Notes: generated from the letters alone by a model not told the origin. 64,000 bases of DNA from a virus (IMGVR_UViG_3300003375_000020:19380-83379); one strand, 5' to 3'. Positions 46,156 through 56,182 are shown, numbered from the stretch's first letter. Made by a program: numbers and translations.

Positions 46156-46926
46156 ATGTCAAACGTAACAATATCTCAACTCCCAGTAGTAACATCAGTA
46201 TTAAATACAGATGTTGTTCCTATAGTGGCATCAAATAACACATCTCAAATTTCTATAGCAAATTTAGCAAATTCTTTAAGTGGATCTTTTAATTTTGCAA
46301 CCACTGGATCAAATACTTTTACAGGTCCAATAACTATTAATACGCCGGCAACTTTAGATTTGATTGTTTCAGGGTCTTCAGTTGTAATGGGCGGTTTCTT
46401 AGTTACAGGTAGTATTGATGTAACTGGATCAATGAGAGTTACAAATGGATTAAGTTTAACTGGATCATTAGTATTTTCTCCAGGAAGTTTAATAGTTCAA
46501 ACTACCGCTTCTGCAGCGTCAGGACCTTTAAAACATTATGCATCTATTGGATCTTTTGCGGGTAGTATGAGTGATTTGTCTGGTTCTACTGGAAATAGAT
46601 TCATTCCTTCTGGAAATAAATTATATTATATAACTTGTAATGAATCAAATAATTCAAAGACAAGCCTCTATTTATATGATTTAACTAGTAATGGCACAAC
46701 ACCAATAAGTCCAATGTATTCAGAAGAAATTACTGTAATTAATACAGTTGGAAGTAATGCTGCTCAAATAATACCAAGCCCAAAAGATTCAGCTACATCT
46801 ATTAATACACTTGGAGGAGCTTTTACTTCTAGATCATTAGCGGCTGGAGCATATATGAGATTATTCGTTGAGTACGCATCTTTTGCACCACAATGGCATA
46901 TAATAGCTTCAGGATCACTATTTTAA
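46156..46926 (+). CDS. Probable virion/tail-fibre-associated protein
   Basis: ISQLP N-terminus, FATTGSNTFTG and repeated TGS motifs. Confidence 0.55.
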   Translation: MSNVTISQLPVVTSVLNTDVVPIVASNNTSQISIANLANSLSGSFNFATTGSNTFTGPITINTPATLDLIVSGSSVVMGGFLVTGSIDVTGSMRVTNGLSLTGSLVFSPGSLIVQTTASAASGPLKHYASIGSFAGSMSDLSGSTGNRFIPSGNKLYYITCNESNNSKTSLYLYDLTSNGTTPISPMYSEEITVINTVGSNAAQIIPSPKDSATSINTLGGAFTSRSLAAGAYMRLFVEYASFAPQWHIIASGSLF

Positions 46927-46942
46927 TAATAAACTAAAAGTT

Positions 46943-47266
46943 ATGAAGAAAAGAAAAACAGTAAGAGCAAATTTTGACGGATTAGATCAATTAACGTCAG
47001 AGCAAATAAAAAAATCTGACATATTAAAAGGTCTTCTTAAAGTTGAAGTGCCTAAAGCAATAGAAGATGCGCTTACCAATAAAAAAACTTTCGCTTCCAT
47101 ATTTGAAATAAACAGTTCTAACAATTATGTAGAATTACACAAACATTATTGGGTAGATGCGCTTACTGTATGTCTTAATTGGTATATTGAAGATCCCGCA
47201 GAAGATTACGAAATGTGCATCCACATATCAAAAATGATTGAAACATTGAAAAACTCTAAAAAGTAA
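46943..47266 (+). CDS. Hypothetical protein
   Basis: AAAAGTTATG start; EDYE.C motif. Confidence 0.6.
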   Translation: MKKRKTVRANFDGLDQLTSEQIKKSDILKGLLKVEVPKAIEDALTNKKTFASIFEINSSNNYVELHKHYWVDALTVCLNWYIEDPAEDYEMCIHISKMIETLKNSKK

Positions 47267-47268
47267 AA

Positions 47269-47679
47269 ATGGCAGACGAATATAAAGAAATACAATCAGC
47301 AGTAGATTCGTTATTAGGAGCAAAATCATCGATAAGAAGAAAAAAAAGAACTCAATCAGAAAGACGAAGAGAATTATTCTTCACATTAATAAATACCTTA
47401 GAAGAAACAATAGTAAGATCTAACATCGCGTACCAAGAGCTCCAGATCGATCTATTTAAATACGAAGATAAGTATATTCAGACAATAGATATGTTAATGA
47501 TCTTGAGCTTTGGAGAAGCTTGCACAGACGTTATTAGTTTTTATCTATATGATAGGATGAATGATGATGCTACACTAAATGCTATGAAAACTACAGATGG
47601 CCAAGAAATATTGTTACAGAATCCTTACGATCTTTGGAATTTATTAGTTATGATGAACCCAAAAATAGATGAAGGGTAG
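47269..47679 (+). CDS. Hypothetical protein
   Basis: Operon packing. Confidence 0.6.
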   Translation: MADEYKEIQSAVDSLLGAKSSIRRKKRTQSERRRELFFTLINTLEETIVRSNIAYQELQIDLFKYEDKYIQTIDMLMILSFGEACTDVISFYLYDRMNDDATLNAMKTTDGQEILLQNPYDLWNLLVMMNPKIDEG

Positions 47680-48514
47680 GAGGAAGAAATACCAGAAGAA
47701 ATTACCGTGGGAACAAAGTAAGGCGTTAGGATTTCCCCATTTAGGTTTACAATTGACCGAAGACGAGATTAGGGATTCCATGGCCAATTCTCGTACTATA
47801 GCCGAAGCTTGTCGATACATGGGAATTAACTTCAAAACTTGGGTTAAGTACGCAAGCATGTACATTGACCTTGAGACAGGAAAAACTCTCTACGAAATTC
47901 ACAGAAAGTACGGCAATCCCAATGCACAAAGACCTAGAAAACACAAAGAAAATCTACCAAGACTTTATCAAAAACAAATAGACAATCTACTTACTTACAG
48001 AAAGTGGACTAGTCCTGCAAGGGTGGTGATTTTAAAGAAGATGTTGATCTTACACGGATTGCACAAAGAAGAGTGCGAACACTGTGGTTATCACGAAAAA
48101 AGAGTAAAAGACGGAAAGCAACCACTGTTATTACACTTTGTTGACGGTGACCGCAGAAACTGGCAAATAGAAAATATCAGGTGGCTTTGTTACAATTGCT
48201 ACTTCATTAATGTGTTTGACAGTTTTAGTGGACGAGTACTAAGAAATATGCAATCGAGTCCACTTGTTGGTGATGAAACTTCTTTCGAGTCCAATTTACT
48301 ATTCTACAACATAGACGAAAATGTGTTAAAAGAGATAGAAAAGATGCAAGCTTTCTTAGACGAAGGAAGATATAAACACGAAGAAGATTTAATCGATTAT
48401 AAAAACCAAGAAGATCAAGATCTAATCGATTTACAAAATATGGTACACGAAATAAAGTACGAAAAACCCGATTTGGGTGACGATGAGAACCTACTAATAG
48501 ATAGAAAAATTTAA
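47669..48514 (+). CDS. Protein with HTH-like N-terminus and divergent HNH/zinc domain
   Basis: TIAEACRYMGI..KTW; CEHCG...LH..DGD..N....N...LCYNC. Confidence 0.6.
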   Translation: MKGRRKKYQKKLPWEQSKALGFPHLGLQLTEDEIRDSMANSRTIAEACRYMGINFKTWVKYASMYIDLETGKTLYEIHRKYGNPNAQRPRKHKENLPRLYQKQIDNLLTYRKWTSPARVVILKKMLILHGLHKEECEHCGYHEKRVKDGKQPLLLHFVDGDRRNWQIENIRWLCYNCYFINVFDSFSGRVLRNMQSSPLVGDETSFESNLLFYNIDENVLKEIEKMQAFLDEGRYKHEEDLIDYKNQEDQDLIDLQNMVHEIKYEKPDLGDDENLLIDRKI

Positions 48515-48518
48515 ATAC

Positions 48519-48646
48519 ATAACTGGCTGATCCCCAAAGCCTGACTCATAACTGATTGGTTACCAATAAAAAAGTTCTCCATTGAGAACCAACGAGTTAT
48601 GATCGCTCCCTGCTTACATTCTGGCGCAACTGATTGGTTTCCAATA
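48519..48646. promoter_or_regulatory. Cluster of IHF-consensus-like boxes (locus B)
   Basis: ATAACTGATTGGTTACCAATA, ATTGAGAACCAACGAGTTAT, AACTGATTGGTTTCCAATA. Confidence 0.65.
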
Positions 48647-48663
48647 GGCTTTTTTTCATTTGG

Positions 48664-48700
48664 ATTTTTTTATGTCAATATTGTGTCGTATATTTACTAT
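48664..48700 (+). promoter_or_regulatory. Putative strong early-type promoter
   Basis: TTTTTTTATGTCAATATTGTGTCGTATATTTAC, near-identical to 56183-56216. Confidence 0.7.
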
Positions 48701-48717
48701 ATTCAATTATCTTCCAC

Positions 48718-49038
48718 ATGAGCAAAAAACGCACAGATCGCAACCACATTATCTACGAAATCGTTAATACCGTTAACGGTAAACGTTACATAGGATTGAC
48801 GGTGGCACGCGGGAGAGCATACAAAAAAAGTGTATTAATTCGTTTTCACCAACACTGTATGCGAGCGTTAACTGAAAATAAAGATTGGGCGTTATACAAC
48901 GATATGCGTAAGTACGAACACGATGTGTACGACGTATTAATAGTAGATATCGTACGAGGTAAAGCTGAAGCACATCGCATAGAAACTGATCTTATTCATA
49001 GTTACGAATACAAATTAAATTCAACCATTAAAAAATAA
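48718..49038 (+). CDS. Small GIY-YIG nuclease-domain protein
   Basis: IIYEI.N..NGKRYIGLT; R...H; E...I; start at 48718. Confidence 0.75.
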   Translation: MSKKRTDRNHIIYEIVNTVNGKRYIGLTVARGRAYKKSVLIRFHQHCMRALTENKDWALYNDMRKYEHDVYDVLIVDIVRGKAEAHRIETDLIHSYEYKLNSTIKK

Positions 49039-49041
49039 GTT

Positions 49042-49503
49042 ATGACAAACTCAAGAAATTTTCAAGTAAACGATTTTATATCAATTAAGTACAATTACAA
49101 TTACGGTATGGGCTCAGGATCTCAAGGATCTGTGGAAATTACAGGTATTGTTAAAAGCATAGATCTATCAAAGATGACGTTTGAATTGTTAGCTACAAGT
49201 AAAAGAAAAGCTGAGAGCTATTATTTTTCTAGCATTAGTAGTATTACCATTCTTGAAAAACCTAAAGTGCCAGTAGAAAATGCACTAGCTGAAATAACAA
49301 AAATAGGTGAAGGTCGCTACGTAATTTCTTTTAAAGGTAAAGAATACGAAGCTGCAAAAATCGCCTACGCAGGTAGATTAAGAGTGTTTAATAGAGTTAA
49401 AGGCGCGAGAGGTATGAAACGTGGAAATATTATTTGTAACGAGTACATGTTTGGAATTAAAAGTCTTCGTAGAGACATAGAAATGGGTAAAAAAATTGCG
49501 TAA
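49042..49503 (+). CDS. Hypothetical early protein
   Basis: TAAGTTATG start. Confidence 0.6.
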   Translation: MTNSRNFQVNDFISIKYNYNYGMGSGSQGSVEITGIVKSIDLSKMTFELLATSKRKAESYYFSSISSITILEKPKVPVENALAEITKIGEGRYVISFKGKEYEAAKIAYAGRLRVFNRVKGARGMKRGNIICNEYMFGIKSLRRDIEMGKKIA

Positions 49504-49523
49504 TAAAATTAAAAATAAAAGTT

Positions 49524-49733
49524 ATGACAAATTCACAAATCGAATTATTTAGTAAAATTTTAGACACTAATTGGGAATTGAAAGAAGCAGTTGATAACGA
49601 AAAGCATTTTCAAGCTGTATCTTTAAAAGATCAATTAGATCAGTTCATTGAAGAATTAAAAGAATCTATGGGTGTAGAAGCATTTGATACATTCATGAGT
49701 AATGGTAGAAAAATGTTTGCTTCAAAAAACTAA
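49524..49733 (+). CDS. Hypothetical early protein
   Basis: AAAAGTTATG start. Confidence 0.6.
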   Translation: MTNSQIELFSKILDTNWELKEAVDNEKHFQAVSLKDQLDQFIEELKESMGVEAFDTFMSNGRKMFASKN

Positions 49734-49857
49734 AAAATAAAAATATGTTTACAGTCTATCTTATTATTTGTTTTGTATCGCTTGCGATATTAGCAGTGTG
49801 TTACATTAAAGCAGAACACCATCAAGACTGGGATTAATAAAATTAAAAATTAAAGTT

Positions 49858-50085
49858 ATGACAATACAAGTACCAAAATCAGTAAAAAGTTATTCAGAAT
49901 TGGCAGACGTAAGAAACGATGTCAAGTGTAAAATGATTGGTTCATTTTCAGGCCATCTAAAATCTATTCTATATTCAGGATTATTAGACAAAAATGAAAT
50001 TTCAAAAAAACGAACAGAACAGTTTTTAATCGAAATGGAAGAAATTTGGAACGCTCAGTACGAGATTAAAGTAGAGAACAATTAA
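49858..50085 (+). CDS. Hypothetical early protein
   Basis: AAAGTTATG start. Confidence 0.6.
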   Translation: MTIQVPKSVKSYSELADVRNDVKCKMIGSFSGHLKSILYSGLLDKNEISKKRTEQFLIEMEEIWNAQYEIKVENN

Positions 50086-50100
50086 CAGTTAATTGACATA

Positions 50101-50152
50101 GGTTAACTGATGAGACTTCAATAGTCGAAACCGCTATCATGCGGTATTAACC
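50101..50152 (+). ncRNA. Type I hammerhead ribozyme
   Basis: GGTTAA-CTGATGA-GACT(TCAAT)AGTC-GAAA-CCGC(TATCAT)GCGG-TA-TTAACC: full catalytic core, three stems, GUA cleavage triplet. Confidence 0.93.
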
Positions 50153-50167
50153 AATAAAATTAAAGTT

Positions 50168-51133
50168 ATGAATTTATTTCAATCAGTCAAGTCATTTATC
50201 AATAGTCGTGAAGTGAATAGTACGTTTACTACGAAAGAATTACACGATGCTATGAACGGTATTGAAAGTGTAACCGCATGGAAAAGACACGGTAACGAAT
50301 TCTACAGAACAAATACTTACAGATCTTATTTAAGACGTTTAGGTTTTGTTAATAGAATTAAGAACGGTCTTTGGATGGTGATATCACCGATACCAAATTG
50401 GTTCGATAGTGGCACTGCAAACTTTTTATTATTTCCAGCTTATAGATTTGAAAATGGAAAAACAATAAGACAGTCTGAATACAATGGAGAAACTAGAGCT
50501 CAGATCGAATTGAAATTAGAAAATCATTTTAAACATTATAAAAATATGAAACAAAAGTTGGAATTCAAAGTAGGCGACAAAGTAAAAATAGTTGGAAAGA
50601 CTGGTTACCACGGATTTGAAATGCAAGAAATTGTAGAAGTTGTTTTCGTTGGTGATGAAACTTTAGAGTGCGAAGGAAACGGTGGTGGAAAAACTACATT
50701 TCAACAAACAATAGATAAAAATGATGTGGTACTGTACTACGAAGTAAACATTCCAGAACCCTTTGAGAAAGAAGTACGACCATCTAGCGCCAAGGAATTG
50801 GCAAGAGAATTGGTAGGTGACGGTAAAACTCCTAACGTGTGGTTCGTTACTTATGGCGCTTACATAATGGTTAGAGAAGATTTTGATTGTAGCGACTACG
50901 AATTATTGGAAGGTTATTCAGAAAAAGATTCAGAAACTTTTGGACCTTTTTATTCTTACCAAGAAGCTTGCGATAAATACGATGATATAGATTTGGATCC
51001 ACGCGATGGCATTGGTCAAGTGTTTATTGAAGACAGATTAATTGGTACAGTTAAAGAGAAGTGCCTAGAAAAGGTAATTAAAGTAGATTATAGTTATAAC
51101 GAACACGATGATTCAAAATTTTATAAAAAATAA
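50168..51133 (+). CDS. Hypothetical multidomain early protein
   Basis: AAAGTTATG start; wHTH-like N-terminus, FKVGDKV SH3/KOW-like middle. Confidence 0.6.
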   Translation: MNLFQSVKSFINSREVNSTFTTKELHDAMNGIESVTAWKRHGNEFYRTNTYRSYLRRLGFVNRIKNGLWMVISPIPNWFDSGTANFLLFPAYRFENGKTIRQSEYNGETRAQIELKLENHFKHYKNMKQKLEFKVGDKVKIVGKTGYHGFEMQEIVEVVFVGDETLECEGNGGGKTTFQQTIDKNDVVLYYEVNIPEPFEKEVRPSSAKELARELVGDGKTPNVWFVTYGAYIMVREDFDCSDYELLEGYSEKDSETFGPFYSYQEACDKYDDIDLDPRDGIGQVFIEDRLIGTVKEKCLEKVIKVDYSYNEHDDSKFYKK

Positions 51134-51191
51134 ATTACACAAAATTAAGATCGAAAAAATAAAGTAATCATAAAAATTAAAAATTAAAGTT

Positions 51192-51665
51192 ATGGGATTA
51201 GACATGTATTTACACAAAAAAACTAACGTTAAGAACTACAGCTTTTATTCAGACGAAGAAACTACGTTAGTAACAGTTACAAGAAACGGAGAATCGGTAA
51301 AGTCTATCGATCCTTCAAAAGTATCAATGATAGAGCAAGAAGTTGGGTATTGGAGAAAATTCAATGCTCTTCATTTGTGGTTCGTTAATAATGTACAAGG
51401 CGGTAAAGACGATTGTGCAGAGTACTACGTTAAGAAAGATAAAATGCAAGAATTACTACAAGTATTAAAAGAAGTAAGTAACGATCATTCAAAAGCACCA
51501 GAATTATTGCCTATTGGAAATGGATTCTTTTTTGGAAATACAGATTATGATGAGTGGTATTTCAATGACGTTAATAGATCAATAATGATATTTGAAGACA
51601 TATTGAAGACTTCCATTAGTGAAGACGATTTGTATTCTTCTTATCACTATCAAGCAAGTTGGTAA
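51192..51665 (+). CDS. Conserved phage hypothetical protein (MGLDMYL...YWRK)
   Basis: MGLDMY, YWRK.N.LH.WF, GFFFG..DYD..Y, Y.ASW. Confidence 0.75.
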   Translation: MGLDMYLHKKTNVKNYSFYSDEETTLVTVTRNGESVKSIDPSKVSMIEQEVGYWRKFNALHLWFVNNVQGGKDDCAEYYVKKDKMQELLQVLKEVSNDHSKAPELLPIGNGFFFGNTDYDEWYFNDVNRSIMIFEDILKTSISEDDLYSSYHYQASW

Positions 51666-51694
51666 AATATTTTAATAAACTAATAAAAATAATT

Positions 51695-52015
51695 ATGCAA
51701 TTTAAATCTTTATACCCACCCATTTGCTTTACTAGTCCAAGTACGAATATCATCTACATTGTGGCAGGAGGAATTTATCAACAAGTGGACAAACTGTACG
51801 ATTGGTTAGAACTAAAAGAAATGTGGACTCCAATTGTGTACGATAAACCTTATCAGAAACCTGTGATAGTAGTAGAACCTATCAAGTATTTTGTTGAAGG
51901 TACTAAAGGCAACAAGTACGAAGTTGTAAATGATAATGGAGTGTGGACGTGTTCGTGTCCTGCACACGGATTTGGAAGAGGCAAAGATTGCAAACATATA
52001 AAATCTTTAAAATAA
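51695..52015 (+). CDS. SWIM zinc-finger protein
   Basis: WTCSCP.......CKHI. Confidence 0.7.
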   Translation: MQFKSLYPPICFTSPSTNIIYIVAGGIYQQVDKLYDWLELKEMWTPIVYDKPYQKPVIVVEPIKYFVEGTKGNKYEVVNDNGVWTCSCPAHGFGRGKDCKHIKSLK

Positions 52016-52021
52016 AAAGTA

Positions 52022-52423
52022 ATGAAAAAAGAATTCATTCCATACGAACAAGCATTAGCTCTTAAAGAGTTAGGGTTTGATGAACCATGTTTTGCATATT
52101 ATTTTACTACTAATGGTGAAAATTGGGAATTTGCAGCTAAAAGAGAGTTTGATAAAATAAATGAAACATTAGTTATTGGTGATAAGTTTATATTATCTGC
52201 ACCATTATACCAACAAGCATTTAGATGGTTTAGAGAGAAGCATGGACTATATTCATACATAGAAACAGTTTTTGTAGTAGGTGCAGCTTCTCCTATAAAA
52301 TATGATTACGTCATATTAGAAAATAATGAGGAAGAAGTATTTTATACAAATATGCCATACCATTCCCATGAAGAAGCAGAACTAGCTTGTCTTAATAAAT
52401 TAATTGAAATAGTAAAACAATAG
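52022..52423 (+). CDS. Hypothetical protein, paralog 1 (EFIPYEQAL..KELGFDEPCF family)
   Basis: Shared blocks with the next gene. Confidence 0.7.
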   Translation: MKKEFIPYEQALALKELGFDEPCFAYYFTTNGENWEFAAKREFDKINETLVIGDKFILSAPLYQQAFRWFREKHGLYSYIETVFVVGAASPIKYDYVILENNEEEVFYTNMPYHSHEEAELACLNKLIEIVKQ

Positions 52424-52425
52424 TT

Positions 52426-52839
52426 ATGAATGAAGAATTTATACCTTATGAACAAGCATTATCTTTAAAAGAATTAGGTTTTGATGAACCTTGTTTTGGT
52501 TGGTATCGGTCGTCACTAATACCAAGTAATTTTACCGAGTATTTTTTAGAGACAGAATTTGGTATGAATGAAAGTCCAAGTGATTGCGTCAATAGTAATT
52601 TTTTAGATAAAGCGTGTAGTTCTCCACTATATCAACAAGCATTCAGATGGTTTAGAGAGAAGCATAACTTAACAGCTAATCCATCTATCTGTAGTAATGG
52701 AACATGGAGTGCTTGGGTAATGAGTATTCCCTATAATCCTGAAGATGGTATAATGAATGATACAGATGGATTTAAAACATATGATGAAGCTCAGTTAGCT
52801 TGTCTTAATAAATTAATTGAATTAATAAAAAAGAAATAA
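52426..52839 (+). CDS. Hypothetical protein, paralog 2
   Basis: Shared blocks with the previous gene. Confidence 0.7.
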   Translation: MNEEFIPYEQALSLKELGFDEPCFGWYRSSLIPSNFTEYFLETEFGMNESPSDCVNSNFLDKACSSPLYQQAFRWFREKHNLTANPSICSNGTWSAWVMSIPYNPEDGIMNDTDGFKTYDEAQLACLNKLIELIKKK

Positions 52840-53078
52840 TGGCAAATCCACAAGAAGGAAAACCGATCTGGGTAGAAAGTATCTTAACAGACGAAGAATA
52901 CAGAGAGTGTTCCAAAAAGTACCCAAATACATTTACGAAAGGACCAATTAAACCCGCATTTTTTCATTGCGAATTTAGATGGAGATATAGAATGGGTGCT
53001 GGTATGACATCTGAAGAATTGAAGGTTTATAATAAGAGAATTGCTTCTTTGGAAGAGATGCTTAAACAATTAAAATAA
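52839..53078 (+). CDS. Hypothetical protein
   Basis: Operon packing. Confidence 0.5.
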   Translation: MANPQEGKPIWVESILTDEEYRECSKKYPNTFTKGPIKPAFFHCEFRWRYRMGAGMTSEELKVYNKRIASLEEMLKQLK

Positions 53079-53083
53079 ATATT

Positions 53084-53656
53084 ATGATATTATTTAAAGG
53101 TAAAAAGGCAAAAGTAGGCCCAGTGCATACTAAAGATATTACATTAGAGGATCTAAGAGTAGTATTCTTTCCCAAAACATTTTACGAGAAGTACGGTTAT
53201 TTAGGTTCAGTTCCATGGAGAGAGGAAGGTCCAATATTCAAAGCGATGGAACCTTTAGTAATTTACATGGACTACAAAGCAAAACCTTTTTGGTGTCCAC
53301 GGTGGTTAATTAGATTGTTGCATTTATTCGGTTCTGATAATTCTATTGTTAGAGTGAGAAATAGAAAGCTACACAATCTAAAAAACAAAATCACTAAAGG
53401 TTGTTTGATATGGGATTATAAAACTAAATGGTCTGACTATGATCTTAGAATAAGTGTAACTGGTACAAATGAAATGCAATTCTTAGCTGATGCCATTGAA
53501 ACTGAATTCTATGATAGAGGGTATAGAATAGATTTAGCTGAGCAGATTAAGGAACTAGATCCTGACACTAGATATCATAAAGGTGATACTCCTACTATGT
53601 TAAAAAAAGAATTACACAGATTACAAGATAGTTTAGATTTGGACGAATTAAATTAA
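53084..53656 (+). CDS. Hypothetical protein
   Basis: Long ORF with phage-like codon use. Confidence 0.6.
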   Translation: MILFKGKKAKVGPVHTKDITLEDLRVVFFPKTFYEKYGYLGSVPWREEGPIFKAMEPLVIYMDYKAKPFWCPRWLIRLLHLFGSDNSIVRVRNRKLHNLKNKITKGCLIWDYKTKWSDYDLRISVTGTNEMQFLADAIETEFYDRGYRIDLAEQIKELDPDTRYHKGDTPTMLKKELHRLQDSLDLDELN

Positions 53657-53775
53657 TTATATCATGTTAATAATAGAAGATCAAATAATTACAGCATATT
53701 CCGTATTTTTAGGATCCGCTTGTATATTATCATTTGCAGCATATTTAATACACGAATTTTATAAAAAAGATCAAG

Positions 53776-54213
53776 ATGGAAATGATTAATAGTAAAAAAC
53801 CGGCTGATTCAATCCTTCAGAAATTCGAAGATCAGCATCCAGGAAATTTAGGTTGGGACTTAGAAGTTAAAAAAGCTTTCATACGTGAGAAAAATTCAAA
53901 GGCATTTTATTTAAAAATTAACAATCGTTGTATAGCAGAATTACTAATATCTTGGAATTCTGACAACGTATTTTTAGTGAATAGTATTACAGTTCTTCCA
54001 GAATACAGAAATAATGGCTATTCAAAAAAATTACTTAAACATGGTTTTGAATGGGCTTTAGATAATGGGTTTGAATTATGTATAGGAGAAGCGAGAATAG
54101 GAGCAAGTTGGAATGCATTTAAATCTTTTGGAGCAAAATCTATATTCATTCACAAAAATTGGTGTAAGTCAAAGGAAAACTATGTGAGCTTTTTAATTAA
54201 ATTAAAAAAATAA
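53776..54213 (+). CDS. GNAT-family acetyltransferase
   Basis: ITVLPEYRNNGYSKKL acetyl-CoA motif A. Confidence 0.8.
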   Translation: MEMINSKKPADSILQKFEDQHPGNLGWDLEVKKAFIREKNSKAFYLKINNRCIAELLISWNSDNVFLVNSITVLPEYRNNGYSKKLLKHGFEWALDNGFELCIGEARIGASWNAFKSFGAKSIFIHKNWCKSKENYVSFLIKLKK

Positions 54214-54217
54214 AGTT

Positions 54218-54406
54218 ATGTTTGAAGAACTAGAAAAAGAAAGACAAAAAGTTATGGGAGATCCTAAATTTCAAGAATGGTGTAAAGAGTTTAGAGTATC
54301 TATAAATACAAGAATTCCTGAAGCAGAGTACAGAGCAATGGAGATTATGAAGCAATACGAATCACAAGATTTATTTTATTCTAAACTAATTAAAATGGTT
54401 AACTAA
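54218..54406 (+). CDS. Hypothetical protein
   Basis: AAAGTTATG start. Confidence 0.55.
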   Translation: MFEELEKERQKVMGDPKFQEWCKEFRVSINTRIPEAEYRAMEIMKQYESQDLFYSKLIKMVN

Positions 54407-54410
54407 AATC

Positions 54411-54815
54411 ATGGAGGAAAAAAAGAAAAAGAGCGTAGTATCTAGAGCAACTGCGTACAAAATTCTTTGGTGGTGTATAAGCGAGTACGGAAGGTCCAAA
54501 CTTAATGGACCTTACCCGTATCTTGAATACAGAAAAGCTGATTATTATACGGGAGAGGATTGTGGATACTACGATGAAATAGAACAGGTGATCTTTATTA
54601 ATAAAGACGCTCATCTAACATTAGAAGATCTTGTTAAAACTATTATACATGAATACACGCACTATGTTAAACATAGTATGCATGAATATAAAATACTGTC
54701 AAAGTACTTAAGTCATCATAGAAACCCATTAGAAATAGATGCAAGAAGGACAGAGAATAGAGATTATAAAAAGTGTCTTAAATTTTTAAAGAAGGAATAC
54801 AATATTTTCGAATAA
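54411..54815 (+). CDS. HEXXH zincin-like metallopeptidase domain protein
   Basis: TIIHEYTHY; P.EI.A. Confidence 0.7.
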   Translation: MEEKKKKSVVSRATAYKILWWCISEYGRSKLNGPYPYLEYRKADYYTGEDCGYYDEIEQVIFINKDAHLTLEDLVKTIIHEYTHYVKHSMHEYKILSKYLSHHRNPLEIDARRTENRDYKKCLKFLKKEYNIFE

Positions 54816-54836
54816 ACACAAATATTTATACTCAGA

Positions 54837-55055
54837 ATGAAAGAATTGGTATACGATATGTTAGAAAAGATGGTCGAATCAAAAATACCCGATAAGACTC
54901 ATCATCTTCTACACATTAACTGTAGACAAGCGTTTTTGGAAGCATCAGTGGATCTAATAGAAAGAAAAATCATTAAACCCACTGCTAGTAATATAAAGTT
55001 TTTGACAGATAATTGGGAACATATCCTTTATACTAAATATTCAATGCTTAATTAA
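54837..55055 (+). CDS. Hypothetical protein
   Basis: AATATTTAT upstream. Confidence 0.5.
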   Translation: MKELVYDMLEKMVESKIPDKTHHLLHINCRQAFLEASVDLIERKIIKPTASNIKFLTDNWEHILYTKYSMLN

Positions 55056-55056
55056 C

Positions 55057-55347
55057 ATGAATCCAACAGTACCTCAAGTAGTAAGTACATCTCTTTTGCA
55101 ATACGGCGTAGTAGGTTTAATAGCTCTTTTATTGGGTTATTTTGCGTGGATCCAATATAAAAGATTAGTAGAAAAAAACGATAAATTAGAAGAGAAAGTT
55201 GATAAATTACAACAAGAGATGATGGAAATCTTAGTTGAAGAAAGAGACAGAATGTCAAAATTAATTACAGATAATACACAAGCACTAGCTGATTTACAGA
55301 AAACAATATATAAATTTTTAATATCTTCTACTAAAGATATTTCTTAG
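55057..55347 (+). CDS. Single-TM coiled-coil membrane protein (holin-like)
   Basis: LLQYGVVG TM helix then coiled coil. Confidence 0.55.
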   Translation: MNPTVPQVVSTSLLQYGVVGLIALLLGYFAWIQYKRLVEKNDKLEEKVDKLQQEMMEILVEERDRMSKLITDNTQALADLQKTIYKFLISSTKDIS

Positions 55348-55359
55348 ATTTTCAATACT

Positions 55360-55878
55360 TTGAAATTAATTAAAATATATGTAAAAAAATTACCTAATAA
55401 TTTATTTTATTTAGGTAAAACAGAAAAAGATCCTTATAAATACAAAGGATCTGGTATATTTGGCTTAGAACTATTAAAAAAAGATGAAATAGCGAATAAA
55501 GTAAGAGGCGCTAATAATGGTATGGCTAAAGCTGTTATACAATATGATAAAGATTTAAATAAAATCAAAGAATATTCTACAGCTAGAGAAGCATCAAAAA
55601 CATTAAACATAGATTTTTCAAATACATCTTCAGTTTGTTCAGGAAAAAGAAATAGCGCCGGCGGATTTATTTGGAAATATAAAAACAATCAAAATAATTC
55701 TTTATACGTGGATCCCAAAAGAAGGAAGCTAGAACAACAAGCTACAAGAATATTAAAAGCTTACGAAGTACTCGAAAAGTGGAAACAATATAAAGAGGAC
55801 GAAAAATATAAATCAAATGTTACGAAACCAAAAAAGAAGATTTTCTCCAAAAAAGATTCAAGTAAAGACTTGCAATAA
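55360..55878 (+). pseudogene. Chimeric/eroded homing endonuclease (truncated GIY-YIG + NUMOD1 + unrelated tail)
   Basis: TTG start; YLGKT..DPYKYKGSG immediately joined to VIQYDK...EY.TAREA...S.VC.GKR.SAGGFIWKY. Confidence 0.55.
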
Positions 55879-56097
55879 AAATGAATCGAGTTGTGATTAT
55901 TACCTTTCCATTTATGGAAATTTGTGTGACAACTGTCCACAGGCCCCAAAACCTACAAAGTCAACCAATCTAATACATAAATTGTTCAAATTCTGAGCTA
56001 TTGGGAGTGTCCCAATGAGCCAAAATCTTACTTTTTATAGAAATATAAGCAATAAGGCTGATGCTGGCCATGAGCTCCCCATGCGCCCAAAATTCTC

Positions 56098-56164
56098 TAT
56101 TGGAAACCAATCAATTGCACATATTGGTAACCAACTAGTTATCATAACTGATTGATAATCAATA
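56098..56164. promoter_or_regulatory. Cluster of three IHF-consensus-like boxes (locus C)
   Basis: ATTGGAAACCAATCAATT, ATTGGTAACCAACTAGTTAT, ATAACTGATTGATAATCAATA. Confidence 0.65.
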
Positions 56165-56182
56165 AAGAATCTTTTAAAAGAA

